Assembly (NCBI GenBank): GCA_943370125.1
Contig: CALRPR020000008.1
Location: 3,826-67,825, forward strand
DNA: 64,000 nucleotides
Reading direction: 5' to 3'
DNA from: Bosea thiooxidans
GTDB taxonomy: Bacteria; Pseudomonadota; Alphaproteobacteria; Acetobacterales; Acetobacteraceae
The notes under the pieces are model-generated. The model made no database searches, was not told the origin of the DNA, and was given only the letters and a program-made list of their open reading frames with translations. The translations under genes and the position numbers were made by a program. Below, piece by piece: positions 25,239 to 35,149 of the stretch. Every line of letters starts with the position of its first letter. Position 1 is the first letter of the stretch.

Positions 25239-28200
25239 ATGACGGATCTTCGCGCCGCGCTGGAAGAAGCCCGCCGGGGACTTTTGGACCTTTCCACCCG
25301 CAATCGGCTGCTTTCGCTGCCGAAGCCGGGTGCATCACGCGGCGTCATCATTCTGGATGATGAGGATGCAGATTTCGTCCTTGGCGCGCTGCAAGCGGGC
25401 CGTGCTTTTGGCTTTGAAGCCTCGGCCGCCGCGCCCGAAGCTGCGCCGGAAGAAGCCAGCCCCGGCAAGCCGCGCCGTGCGCGTAGCGTGAAGGTGAAGG
25501 CGGAAGGTGTTGGCACCGCCAAAGCAGATACTGCCCGGGAAGAGTATCAGCGCGATGACAAGCTGCGTGTGCAGCTACCGCCGACAGACCTTGTGCGCCG
25601 GCTGCGCGACATCATGCAGGATGCACGCACGGCCCGCGAAGAAACCGGCGTGCCGACGCTTTACCTGGCGCTTGGTGCGCTGATCTGGCGCGATCCCGCG
25701 ACACCTGAGACCGAACGCCGCGCGCCGCTGGCGCTGCTGCCGGTGGCGCTGGAACGCGAAGGGGTATCGCAGAATTTCAAGCTGCGTGGGGCGGTGGGTG
25801 ATATCGCGGAGAATCTGTCGCTCCGCGAAATGCTCAAGGTGAATTTCAAGGCCACGCTGCCGGATTTCGATGCTGATGCCTATACGCCAACCGCCTGGGC
25901 GGAAGCCGTCGCAGTGCTGGTGGCAGAACGCGCAAATTGGCGTGTGGAGGCGGATGCGCTGGCGATTGGGCTATTCTCCTTCGCCAAATTCCTGATGTGG
26001 CGGGACCTAGGGCCTGAGGAAAACCCCTGTCTTGCTGATCACCCCATGGTGCGCGCGCTGGTGGGGGGCGAGGCGCTTTCCATCCCGCCGGTTTTTGCCG
26101 ATGACGCCGATGTGGATATGGAAATCCCGGTGGAGCGGCTTGATCATGTGATGGATGTGGATGGCAGCCAGGCTTTGGCGGCGGAAGCCGTCAGGCGCGG
26201 CGGGCATGTGGTGATCCAGGGTCCGCCCGGCACCGGCAAAAGCCAGACCATCAGCAATATCATCGCCCAGGCGGTGCTGGATGGGCGGAGCGTTTTGTTC
26301 GTGGCCGAGAAACTCGCAGCCCTTGAAGTGGTAAAGCGCCGGCTGGAGAGTATTGGCCTCGGCGCTGCCTGCCTTGAATTGCATTCGGAAAAGCAATCGA
26401 AGCGCGCGGTGCTGGATGAACTCCGCGCGACACTTTCCCTGCCCATGCCGCCCAAGCCGGAACGTGATGCGGTGGTGCGGCGCCTTGGGTCGCTGCGCGG
26501 GCGGATCAATCGCCATGCGGCGGCGATGCGCGGAACGGTTGGCGCTTCGGGCCTTGCGCTGCATCAGGTGATTGGCGCGCTGGTTGGCTTGCGGCAGCGC
26601 GGTGTTGCGGCGCCGGATTTTTCCGTGACTGCGGCGGAATGGGATGCGGGCGCAATTGAAGCCCGGCGCGATGCGATCAAGCTGCTGGCCGGCTATGCGG
26701 CAGAAGGCGGCGCGCAAAGCCCCTGGCGCGGCGTGATGGCGGATATCGGCCCCGCTGATGCGGATCGGTTGCTGGGGCGGCTGCCGGGTTGGATTCGCAC
26801 CTTTGCCGCGGCGGGTGCGGCGCTTGGCGTAGAGGCTGGACCGAAGGCAGCGGAAAGCGCGCTTGCCTTACGCCCGGCTTTGCTCGAGGCGCCGGCACAT
26901 GACTCGGCGACGCTGAAGCACGAAGCCTGGGCGGGCGATCTGGCACCGCTGGAAGCTTTGGTGCAGGCGCTGGGCGCTTTGCAAAAAACCAAGGCTGATC
27001 CGCAGCTTTTGCCGGGCGCTTTGGATGTTGCGGGCATTGCGGAAGCGCGCGCCACGCTTGCGGAGGCCGGCGGCGTGTTCGGCTTTCTGTCCGGTGCGCG
27101 GCGTGATGCCAAAACGCTCGCGGCGCGCATTGCGCGTGATGCGGAAAACCCGCTGCCGGCGCTTGATGCCGCGCTGGCCGGGCAGGCTGCGCGTGAGGCG
27201 TTGCGCCAAGGCGATGCAATGGGCCGCGCGGCGTTCGGGACGCTCTGGCCGCATGAGGCGAGTGATCCCGCGCCGCTGGCGGCCTTGCTCGCCTGGCGCA
27301 AAACCCATGGAGCGGCGGCGCTGACGGCACTCGCGCAGGGTGCCAAACCGGCAGAACCCGCGCCACTGCAAGCCGCACTCGATGCCTTTGGGGAATTGCA
27401 GCAGGCAACAAGGCTTGATGCGCGCATCGCCTTTAGTGCGGATAAACCCGCCTTTTCCGCCCTTGCCACGCGCTTGGGCGATTGGGCGTCGGCGCCGGAA
27501 GCACTCGATGCCTGGCTTGTCTGGCGCCGCGCCGCTGCTTCGGCTGCGGGGCTTGAGCCTTTGCTGGAGCGCCTGACTGATGGCCGTGTCGCGCCCGAAG
27601 CGGCCGAGGATGTGTTCTCCTTCGCGCTGCATGAAGCCTTGCTTCGCGCTGCCATGGCGCAGCACCCGGAATTGGCGGCTTTTGATGGCGCGGCAGCGGA
27701 TCGCTTGGTTGAGGATTTCCGCGAAGCCGATCGCGCGCGCATTACACTGACCCGCGCAGAAGCGGCCTATGCCCATGCGCTGCGTGTGAAGGAAGTGCGC
27801 GATGGCGCGCCGGGGATGACGGTTCTGCGCGGAGAGATGGAAAAGAAGCGCGGCCATTTGCCGGTGCGCGAATTGCTGCTGCGCGCTTCCCAGGCAGTGC
27901 AAAAAGCCAAGCCGATTTTTATGATGAGCCCGCTTTCGGTGGCACAATTCCTGGCACCTCCGCATGGGCTTAAGCCAGGGCTTTCCTTTGATCTGCTGGT
28001 CATTGATGAAGCGAGCCAGGTGGAGCCTGTGGATGCACTCGGCGCCATTGCGCGCTGCCGGCAAGTGGTGGTGGTGGGCGATGACAAGCAAATGCCGCCC
28101 ACGCGCTTCTTTCAGCGCATGACAGGTGAGGAAGCCGAAGAAGCCGCAGAGAATACCGCCGATGTTATCGCGGCGCGGGATGTGGAAAGCATCTTGGGGC

Positions 28201-29753
28201 TTTGCAATGCGCGCGGTCTGCCATCGGCCATGCTGCGCTGGCATTATCGCAGCCGGCATGAAAGCCTGATCGCGACATCCAACGCGGAATTCTACGATGG
28301 CAGGCTTTTCGTGCTGCCATCGCCGCGCGCACGCTCTGCCGCGCTTGGGCTTTCACTCCGCCGCGTTGAAGGGCGGTTTGACACGGGCGGCACCGGCACC
28401 AATGCCGAAGAAGCCCGCGCGGTGGCGGAAGCGGTCATGGCCCATGCGCGGGAGACGCCCGGCGATACGCTGGGTATCGCGGCGTTTTCCATCCGTCAGC
28501 GTGATGCGATCCTGAACGCGATTGAAGCAGCGCGGCGTGATAACCCGGATACGGAAGCCTTCTTCGCCGCCCATCCGGATGAACCCTTCTTCGTGAAGAA
28601 CCTGGAAAACGTTCAGGGCGATGAACGTGATTCGATCATGATTTCGGTTGGTTACGGGCGCGGCGCTGATGGCAAGCTTGCCATGCGCTTCGGCCCGCTT
28701 TCCGCCGATGGCGGCGAACGCCGGCTGAATGTGCTCATCACACGCGCGAAGAAGCGCTGCATCGTGTTTTCCGCCATCGGGGCGGATGACATTGACCTCG
28801 CGCGCGCCTCGGGGCGCGGGGTGACGACACTCAAATCCTTCCTCGCCTTCGCCGCTGCCGGGGATGCACCGCGCGCCGCAGCAGCAAAAACCCAGCCGGC
28901 GCCAATTGCGGCGGCCATTGGCAAGGCCATAAAAGCCGCGGGCAAGGAAGCCGTGCCGCGCGTTGGCATGGCAGGCCTGTTCCTAGATGTCGCAGCGCGA
29001 GAAGCCGGGAATTACGTGCTGGGCATTGAAGCCGATGCGGGCGATTGGGCGGCGCTGCGTTGCGCGCGTGATCGTGAAAGGGGCCGCGATAGCGCGCTTC
29101 AAGCGATGGGCTGGAAGCTCACGCGCGCCTGGTCGCTTTCTTGGTATGGCAGGCCAGAGGCTGAGGCCGCGCGTATCGCCGCACTGCTTGGTGCCGCACC
29201 TGCCTCCGCCACGCCGGAAGTAACAGCGCCCGCGCCGGAAACCGGCCTGGCCGAACCGTACCGAGAAGCCGCGCCGGAAGTGCCGAAGAACACCGCCATT
29301 ATGGATGTGCCCTTCGCGACTTTGGCTGGTATTCTTGCGGAAGTTATCAACGTTGAATCGCCGATTACCACTGAAAGCCTGGCTGAACGCGTGCGGCTAT
29401 TATGGGGGCTGGAAGCACTGCCCACGCCGGCACGAGATGCCTTGCGCCAGGCTTTGGCGCTTGCGCGGCAATTGCATGGCGTGAAGGAAGAACAGGGTTT
29501 TCTGCTTGCCGAAGGTGCTGCGATTGCGCCGCGGGACCGCCGCGCGGCAGGCGCCCATTTGCGGCGCGCTGCTGCCGTATCACCACGCGAAATTGCTGCC
29601 GCTGCCGAGAAACTTTTGGCGCTGCGCACGGCGACAACGGAAGCGGAACTCGCCGCCGGTATTCATCGTCTGCTGGGGTTGGATTCCAATGCCGCCACCG
29701 CCATCGCAGCGCGGCTTGCGGGCTTGATCGGCGCGGGTGTGGTGAAGCTTTAG
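25239..29753 (+). CDS. DUF4011 - SF1 helicase - Vsr/MTES_1575-like - DUF3320 protein (Hhe-type anti-phage protein)
   Basis: N-terminal LLDLSTRNRLL and EETGVPTLYLALG (DUF4011); GPPGTGKSQT, DEASQ, GDDKQMPP, HYRS, VQGDERD, RRLNVLITRAK; C-terminal YVLGIEAD...ARDRE...GWKLTRAWS then VESPI (DUF3320-like). Confidence 0.85.
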   Translation: MTDLRAALEEARRGLLDLSTRNRLLSLPKPGASRGVIILDDEDADFVLGALQAGRAFGFEASAAAPEAAPEEASPGKPRRARSVKVKAEGVGTAKADTAREEYQRDDKLRVQLPPTDLVRRLRDIMQDARTAREETGVPTLYLALGALIWRDPATPETERRAPLALLPVALEREGVSQNFKLRGAVGDIAENLSLREMLKVNFKATLPDFDADAYTPTAWAEAVAVLVAERANWRVEADALAIGLFSFAKFLMWRDLGPEENPCLADHPMVRALVGGEALSIPPVFADDADVDMEIPVERLDHVMDVDGSQALAAEAVRRGGHVVIQGPPGTGKSQTISNIIAQAVLDGRSVLFVAEKLAALEVVKRRLESIGLGAACLELHSEKQSKRAVLDELRATLSLPMPPKPERDAVVRRLGSLRGRINRHAAAMRGTVGASGLALHQVIGALVGLRQRGVAAPDFSVTAAEWDAGAIEARRDAIKLLAGYAAEGGAQSPWRGVMADIGPADADRLLGRLPGWIRTFAAAGAALGVEAGPKAAESALALRPALLEAPAHDSATLKHEAWAGDLAPLEALVQALGALQKTKADPQLLPGALDVAGIAEARATLAEAGGVFGFLSGARRDAKTLAARIARDAENPLPALDAALAGQAAREALRQGDAMGRAAFGTLWPHEASDPAPLAALLAWRKTHGAAALTALAQGAKPAEPAPLQAALDAFGELQQATRLDARIAFSADKPAFSALATRLGDWASAPEALDAWLVWRRAAASAAGLEPLLERLTDGRVAPEAAEDVFSFALHEALLRAAMAQHPELAAFDGAAADRLVEDFREADRARITLTRAEAAYAHALRVKEVRDGAPGMTVLRGEMEKKRGHLPVRELLLRASQAVQKAKPIFMMSPLSVAQFLAPPHGLKPGLSFDLLVIDEASQVEPVDALGAIARCRQVVVVGDDKQMPPTRFFQRMTGEEAEEAAENTADVIAARDVESILGLCNARGLPSAMLRWHYRSRHESLIATSNAEFYDGRLFVLPSPRARSAALGLSLRRVEGRFDTGGTGTNAEEARAVAEAVMAHARETPGDTLGIAAFSIRQRDAILNAIEAARRDNPDTEAFFAAHPDEPFFVKNLENVQGDERDSIMISVGYGRGADGKLAMRFGPLSADGGERRLNVLITRAKKRCIVFSAIGADDIDLARASGRGVTTLKSFLAFAAAGDAPRAAAAKTQPAPIAAAIGKAIKAAGKEAVPRVGMAGLFLDVAAREAGNYVLGIEADAGDWAALRCARDRERGRDSALQAMGWKLTRAWSLSWYGRPEAEAARIAALLGAAPASATPEVTAPAPETGLAEPYREAAPEVPKNTAIMDVPFATLAGILAEVINVESPITTESLAERVRLLWGLEALPTPARDALRQALALARQLHGVKEEQGFLLAEGAAIAPRDRRAAGAHLRRAAAVSPREIAAAAEKLLALRTATTEAELAAGIHRLLGLDSNAATAIAARLAGLIGAGVVKL

Positions 29754-29799
29754 CGCATGAAGGCTGCTTCGCCCTACGCTGTTATGCATCCGCGCAAGG

Positions 29800-30513
29800 A
29801 TGGGTAGCGTTACCTCATCGCGCGGCGCGGCGCTGTTTGGCGCGCGTGATGCGGTGGGCGCTGCGGGCGTTGCCATGGCGGCGACCTTCCTCGCCTTCGG
29901 TGCTGCGGTGCGCGAAGCAGGGCTTTCGCCAGGCTGGGCGCTGTTGGCCTGCTGGGCGATTTACGGCATGCCAGGGCAATTGGTGCTGGTGCAGGCGGCG
30001 AGTACGGGTTTCATCGGCGGCATTCTGCCCGCCGTGATGGGCGCGGTTGCGGTGAATGCGCGCTTCCTGCCCATGGCGATTGCCATCACGCCGCTATTTG
30101 GCGTGGCAGAGCGCAAGCGCCTGATCCCCGCCATTCCCTTCATTGCGGTAACACCTTGGGCGGCGGCAATGCGCGCTTTTCCAGCAGTGGTTCCTGATGC
30201 TCGGCTTTCCTGGTTTCTGGGCTTTGGCCTGACAAGCTGGGTGGTAGCGGGGTTTGCGGCACTCGCGGGATTTTACGTGGCGGGCATGCTGGATGATCAC
30301 GCGCGCGCGGCGCTATTGTTCGTCAATCCGCTCTATTACGCGCTGCTATTGGCGGCTGATCTGGACAAGCCTGCGCCGCGCCGCGCCATTCTGTGCGGCG
30401 CGGCGGCGGCGGGGCTAACATTTATTCTGCCATCCTCAATGGGGCTTTTGGCGGCGGGGATTATTGGCGGCACTGCGGCTTTTTTGTGGGGGCGCGCGCG
30501 TGGAAAACGCTGA
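29800..30513 (+). CDS. azlC: AzlC-family branched-chain amino acid exporter subunit
   Basis: FLAFGAAVRE, YGMPGQLV, AVNARFLPM, hydrophobic; adjacent AzlD-like gene. Confidence 0.8.
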   Translation: MGSVTSSRGAALFGARDAVGAAGVAMAATFLAFGAAVREAGLSPGWALLACWAIYGMPGQLVLVQAASTGFIGGILPAVMGAVAVNARFLPMAIAITPLFGVAERKRLIPAIPFIAVTPWAAAMRAFPAVVPDARLSWFLGFGLTSWVVAGFAALAGFYVAGMLDDHARAALLFVNPLYYALLLAADLDKPAPRRAILCGAAAAGLTFILPSSMGLLAAGIIGGTAAFLWGRARGKR

Positions 30514-30832
30514 TATCGCCCTCGCGCTGACTGCGCTTGCCTGCCTTTTGCTGCGGAGCGCCGGTGTTTGGCTGGCGGGCGGGCTGGGTGGCGATCATCC
30601 CGTGATTGCCTGGGCCACCGCGATTGCGCAGGCAACACTCGCGGCCTTTGTGATGCTGGCGATCATTGCGCCAAGCGGGGCGCTGGCCGATGTGCCGCTG
30701 GCAGCGCGGCTTTTCGGGCTGGGGGTTGGCGTTGCGGTGTGCCTTGCCTTCGGGCGCAATTTGCTGCCGGCGTTATTGGTGGGGGTGGCCGCGATGCTGG
30801 CGCTGCGGGCGGTACTGGCGGGGGTAGCATGA
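30500..30832 (+). CDS. azlD: AzlD-domain membrane protein
   Basis: GTG start overlapping azlC end; LLRSAG, ATLAAFVMLAII pattern; about 110 aa hydrophobic. Confidence 0.72.
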   Translation: MENADIALALTALACLLLRSAGVWLAGGLGGDHPVIAWATAIAQATLAAFVMLAIIAPSGALADVPLAARLFGLGVGVAVCLAFGRNLLPALLVGVAAMLALRAVLAGVA

Positions 30833-31656
30833 TGCGGGTTTTCGCTGGGGCCACAGACAAATCCGTGCCCGTCATGGGAAGCCTGGTGTTGCTGCTGCTT
30901 GCGATGCTTTGGCCGTTCCAATCAGCGTCGGCGCAGGAACGCCGCGTGGTGGCGATGGAGACCGAGGTGCGGGGCATCGTCTTTCGCATCCCGCGCGCGC
31001 ATTTGCATATCCGCGATGGCGATGGGTCCTTCGATCTTGGGCTGCGCGTTGATGACCTGACGCCGATCCGCCTGATTGGCCTGCCGCCGGAACGTTACTG
31101 GCGAGAGGCGATGCGCGTGCGCGTGAGTGTCGCCTGGAATTCAAGCGCAGCCGCGCATGTCAACGGCATCCTAAGCGACCGCCACACCCTTGGCATAGTG
31201 CAAACCAAGGAAGCGAGTATCCACCTGGATGGCCCCAATGGTCCAGCGCCGCCTGATGGGCTGGTCTATTTCCCGGCGCGCGGCAGCCCGGCGGAAACCC
31301 GCCCGTTACCGCGCGATGTCTTCAAGCCAGTTGAATTGGCCCGCAATCCGGAAACTGGCGAGGAATGGCCGGAATTCTTTGATTGCAATGTGAGCCCGCG
31401 TTTTGATCAGCAGCCAACCGAAGCGCCTTTCCAGCCCATTAGCTGCCAATGGTACCGCGTCTTTCGCGGCCTGGTGGTGCAGACCTCGCTGGACCGCCGC
31501 CAATTGGCCCAATGGCGCAGGATACGCGACGGCCTTGATCAGCTTCTGACATCTTTCATCGTACGCGGCCCGGAAGTGGCTGTGCCGCCCGTCCGCGGGG
31601 GCCCGCGCCCATCCGAAACCATCAATCCCGTACTGATTTACGACAACGCCGAATAG
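30829..31656 (+). CDS. Hypothetical exported protein
   Basis: ATGA overlap with azlD; signal-like LVLLLLAMLWPFQSASA-Q (alternative start 30874); C-x19-C near the C-terminus; no family recognised. Confidence 0.7.
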   Translation: MMRVFAGATDKSVPVMGSLVLLLLAMLWPFQSASAQERRVVAMETEVRGIVFRIPRAHLHIRDGDGSFDLGLRVDDLTPIRLIGLPPERYWREAMRVRVSVAWNSSAAAHVNGILSDRHTLGIVQTKEASIHLDGPNGPAPPDGLVYFPARGSPAETRPLPRDVFKPVELARNPETGEEWPEFFDCNVSPRFDQQPTEAPFQPISCQWYRVFRGLVVQTSLDRRQLAQWRRIRDGLDQLLTSFIVRGPEVAVPPVRGGPRPSETINPVLIYDNAE

Positions 31657-31664
31657 CGTAGCAC

Positions 31665-33500
31665 CTAACCGCGATCACCCGCCCCCGCCGCAAACCCCGC
31701 CACCAATTCGCGGATCCGCGCCGGGTCGCTTTGTTCCATCACGCGGCGGGCGAAGCGTGCGCAATCGCCAATATCCAAGCCGCGCACCGCCTGCTTCACG
31801 CGTGGAATGGCCGATGCATTCATCGAAAAACTGCGAATGCCAAGCCCCAGCAGCAGCGGGATCAATTGCGGATTGCCCGCCATTTCCCCGCAAATCGAAA
31901 CCGGCATGCGCAGCCTGAGCGCCGCTTCGGTTGCGAATTGCATCAGCCGCAGCACGGCTGGGTGCAGCGGGTCATAAAGATACGCCACTTCCGCATCGCC
32001 ACGATCAACGGCCAGTGTGTACATCGCCAGATCATTGCTGCCGATGGAAAAGAAATCCGCTTCCAGCGCAATCGCATCCGCGGCCAGCGCCGCGCCCGGC
32101 GTTTCAATCATGGCGCCAAGCAGCGGCAATTTTTCCGGCAGCTTGTCACCACGCCGCCGCAACCGCCGCGCCACGCGATCAAAAATATCGCGCGCCTGCT
32201 TCATTTCCTCGGGGATGGTCACCATCGGCAACAAAAGCCGCACCTGGCCATCCGGCAATTCCGCCGCCACGCGCAAAATCGCGGCGAATTGCACTTCCAG
32301 CAATTCCGGCCGCCGCAGCAATAACCTGATGCCGCGCAGCCCAAGCGCTGGATTGGCACCGGCATGCGTCGGCGCGATCCCTTCGGCAAGGGCCGCGATA
32401 TCCTTCTCGCCCCCCCAATCCAGCACGCGAATGGTCACGGGGTCCTGGCCCATGGCTTCCAGAATTTGCCGATAGGCCGCGCATTGCGCTTCCTCATCCG
32501 GCAAATCCTCGCGATTCATGAATAGGAATTCGGTGCGGAGCAGCCCAATGCCCTGCGCGCCGGCTTGCGCAATGAGCGGCAATTCCTGGGGAATTTCCAG
32601 ATTGGCCTGCAATTCCACGGCTTCGCCATCGGTGGTCACGGCTGGCAGGCGGCGCAACCGCCCAAGCCGCGCGCGTTCTCGCGCATAAGCCGCCAGCTTT
32701 TCCTTCGCAGCCGTCAGCGTCGCCGATTCAGGGTGAATGGCGATACTCCCCGCTGCACCATCCAACACTACCACATCATTGCGCCGCACGCTTTCCGTCA
32801 GCCCCGGCACGCCAAGCACGGAAGGAATGCCAAGCGCGCGCAGCATGATGGCGGTATGGCCATCCGCGCCGCCCTCATCGGTCGCAACACCGGCAATGCG
32901 CGCCGGGTCCAGCAAAGCGGCGTCTGAAGGTGTCAGTTCCTCGGCGATCAGGATGCAGCCTTCGGGCAGGTTCTTAAGGCTGCGAAAAGGCGTCGCGGTC
33001 AGGTTGCGCGTGACGCGCCGCGCAATATCGCGCACTTCCGTCGCACGACGTGAAAGCCCAGCGCGATCATCATCCTTCGTGCCCAGAATGGCATCCGAAA
33101 TTGCCGCCGCTTCATCCGTGATGGCGGTCTCGGCGGCGAGCAATTCGGTTTCAATCCGTTTGCGCGCCCCGCGGATCAGCCGCGAATTGCCGAGCATGAG
33201 CAAATGCGCATCAAGCAAGGGCGCGATTTCTTCCTGCGCTTCTTCGGGCAGGATGGCGATGCGTGTTTTCAGCTTGGTGACTTGCTTGCGCGAAAACGCC
33301 ACGGCATCCGCCAGGCGCACGCGTTCGGCTTCAATAGCTTCGGTCGTGATGCGCCGGCGCGGTGCCTCGGCCGGGGCTTCGCTTGTGTCGAAGGCAGGGC
33401 CGATCGCGATGCCGGGCGAAACCGCAATGCCACGCAGCAAGGTTTCCCGGCGCTTGGGCGTTTTGGTTGCGCGCGGGCGGGCGGGCGTTTCACTCTTCAT
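31665..33500 (-). CDS. ptsI: Phosphoenolpyruvate-protein phosphotransferase (PTS enzyme I, no GAF domain)
   Basis: GIAVSPGIAIG, GGADGHTAI (phospho-His), GIGLLRTEFLF, NPALGLRGIR, FFSIGSNDL, SICGEMAG. Confidence 0.93.
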   Translation of the reverse strand: MKSETPARPRATKTPKRRETLLRGIAVSPGIAIGPAFDTSEAPAEAPRRRITTEAIEAERVRLADAVAFSRKQVTKLKTRIAILPEEAQEEIAPLLDAHLLMLGNSRLIRGARKRIETELLAAETAITDEAAAISDAILGTKDDDRAGLSRRATEVRDIARRVTRNLTATPFRSLKNLPEGCILIAEELTPSDAALLDPARIAGVATDEGGADGHTAIMLRALGIPSVLGVPGLTESVRRNDVVVLDGAAGSIAIHPESATLTAAKEKLAAYARERARLGRLRRLPAVTTDGEAVELQANLEIPQELPLIAQAGAQGIGLLRTEFLFMNREDLPDEEAQCAAYRQILEAMGQDPVTIRVLDWGGEKDIAALAEGIAPTHAGANPALGLRGIRLLLRRPELLEVQFAAILRVAAELPDGQVRLLLPMVTIPEEMKQARDIFDRVARRLRRRGDKLPEKLPLLGAMIETPGAALAADAIALEADFFSIGSNDLAMYTLAVDRGDAEVAYLYDPLHPAVLRLMQFATEAALRLRMPVSICGEMAGNPQLIPLLLGLGIRSFSMNASAIPRVKQAVRGLDIGDCARFARRVMEQSDPARIRELVAGFAAGAGDRG

Positions 33501-33795
33501 GGAAACCAGCCTCGACCAAGGCTGCCACCGCGTCCAAAGCTTCCTTGGCGTCCCAGCCTTCCGCTTCAATCACAATTTCGGCGCCGCGCCCGGCACCAAG
33601 CATCATCAGCCCCATGATGGAAACGGCGGGCACGCTTTGCCCATCTCGCAACACATTCACGCAAGCCGAATAGCGTTCCGCCAAGGCAACCAGCTTCGCC
33701 GCCGCGCGGGCATGCAGGCCGCGACTATTCGGGATGACAACGCTGCGGCGCAGTACCATGCCGCTGGAAAAAGGGGCCGGGGCTGCTTCGTTCAT
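33490..33795 (-). CDS. ptsH: HPr-family phosphocarrier
   Basis: NSRGLHARAAAK (His15 motif) and VSIMGLMML (Ser46 motif). Confidence 0.93.
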   Translation of the reverse strand: MNEAAPAPFSSGMVLRRSVVIPNSRGLHARAAAKLVALAERYSACVNVLRDGQSVPAVSIMGLMMLGAGRGAEIVIEAEGWDAKEALDAVAALVEAGFHEE

Positions 33796-34217
33796 TCCTT
33801 AGGGTTGCCATTTTGCTTGGCGCCCGCGACATCCCGCGCGAGTGCGATATACTTGCGGCCCGCAGCTTTGGCGTGATCCAGCGCTTCATGCAGGGGTTCA
33901 CTGCCGCGAATCTTCGCAAGCTTTACCAGCAAAGGCAGGTTCACCCCCGCCAGCACTTCCACAGGCTTGCCTTTTTCCATCATCTGCATGGCCAGATTCG
34001 AAGGCGTGCCGCCATACATATCCGTCAGCACCACCACACCATCACCCTGATCCACGCTGGCGATGGAATTACGAATATCCTGCCGGCGCAATTCCATATC
34101 GTCATCGGGCCCGATGCAGACTGTTGCCACCGCCTGCTGCGGCCCGACGATATGTTCCATCGCCAGCCGCAATTCCTCGGCCAACCTGCCATGGGAAACC
34201 AGAACAAGACCAATCAT
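33792..34217 (-). CDS. manX: PTS mannose-type EIIA component
   Basis: MIGLVLVSHGRLA, LTDMYGGTPSN, GVNLPLL. Confidence 0.92.
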   Translation of the reverse strand: MIGLVLVSHGRLAEELRLAMEHIVGPQQAVATVCIGPDDDMELRRQDIRNSIASVDQGDGVVVLTDMYGGTPSNLAMQMMEKGKPVEVLAGVNLPLLVKLAKIRGSEPLHEALDHAKAAGRKYIALARDVAGAKQNGNPKE

Positions 34218-34222
34218 GATGC

Positions 34223-35149
34223 TTACGAAACGGCCCCCCGGCCCATAGTAGAAGAACAGCCGGTGGGGCTAGCCTGTCCACCGGCGATTTTCAATTCCCG
34301 ATGGGCAAGATCAACCCGCCAACCGGATGCACCAAGATGCCCTGCCAGGCGTTCCGCGACAAGGACTGACCGATGCTTGCCCCCGGTGCAGCCCACCGCA
34401 ATGGTGAAATATTTCTTCCCCTCGGCAGCGTAACGCGGCAGCAAAAGCTCAAGAAAATCCCGTAACCTCTGCCAAAAGGCCGAAAAATCCGGATCAGCTT
34501 CAATGAAGGCTGCCACCGGCGCCGCTTGCCCGGTCATGGGGCGCAGCACCGGGTCATAATGCGGGTTGCGCAGAAACCGCACATCGAAAACCAGATCCGC
34601 TTCCCGCGGCAGGCCCTTCGGATAGGCGAAGGAAAGCACGGAAACCGCGAGTCCCGCCGCCGCATCCGGGGCAAAGCGCCCTTCAATCATGCGCCGCAAA
34701 TCGGCCAACGGCAGGTCTGACGTATCAATCGTGAGGTCCGCAGTATCGCGCAGCGCTTCCAGCAGCGCCTTTTCCCGCGCAATCCCTTCCAGCACGCGTG
34801 AGCCCATGGGGCCACCTGGCGCCAAGGGGTGGCGGCGGCGCGATTCCGTGTAGCGGCGGAGCAGCGCCTCATCCTCGGCGGTTGCGAAAATCAAGGAGAC
34901 ATTGATGTCGGAACGGAGCCGCAACCGATCCAGAACGCGCAGCACGGCGGTGGCATCGAAATCCCGCGTGCGCGCATCAATCCCAGCGGCGAGTGGCAGA
35001 ACGCCATCACCCACCAGCGATTCCAGAATGGCGACGGGCGGGTTGTCCACCGTCTCGAACCCCAAATCCTCCAACACGCGCAGGATGGAAGCCTTGCCTG
35101 CGCCGGAAAGCCCCGTGACCAGAATGATTTCGCGCATAGGGTTGCTCAT
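34223..35149 (-). CDS. rapZ: RNase adapter / P-loop NTPase RapZ
   Basis: VTGLSGAGKA, VDNPP, YTESRRRHPL, FDVRFLRNPHY, GCTGGKHRSV. Confidence 0.93.
   Translation of the reverse strand: MSNPMREIILVTGLSGAGKASILRVLEDLGFETVDNPPVAILESLVGDGVLPLAAGIDARTRDFDATAVLRVLDRLRLRSDINVSLIFATAEDEALLRRYTESRRRHPLAPGGPMGSRVLEGIAREKALLEALRDTADLTIDTSDLPLADLRRMIEGRFAPDAAAGLAVSVLSFAYPKGLPREADLVFDVRFLRNPHYDPVLRPMTGQAAPVAAFIEADPDFSAFWQRLRDFLELLLPRYAAEGKKYFTIAVGCTGGKHRSVLVAERLAGHLGASGWRVDLAHRELKIAGGQASPTGCSSTMGRGAVS

Noticed and set aside
25239-29753. Defence island or integrated mobile element around the Hhe-like gene
   Set aside because: No integrase, tRNA, direct repeats or GC shift; the neighbours are ordinary metabolic genes.
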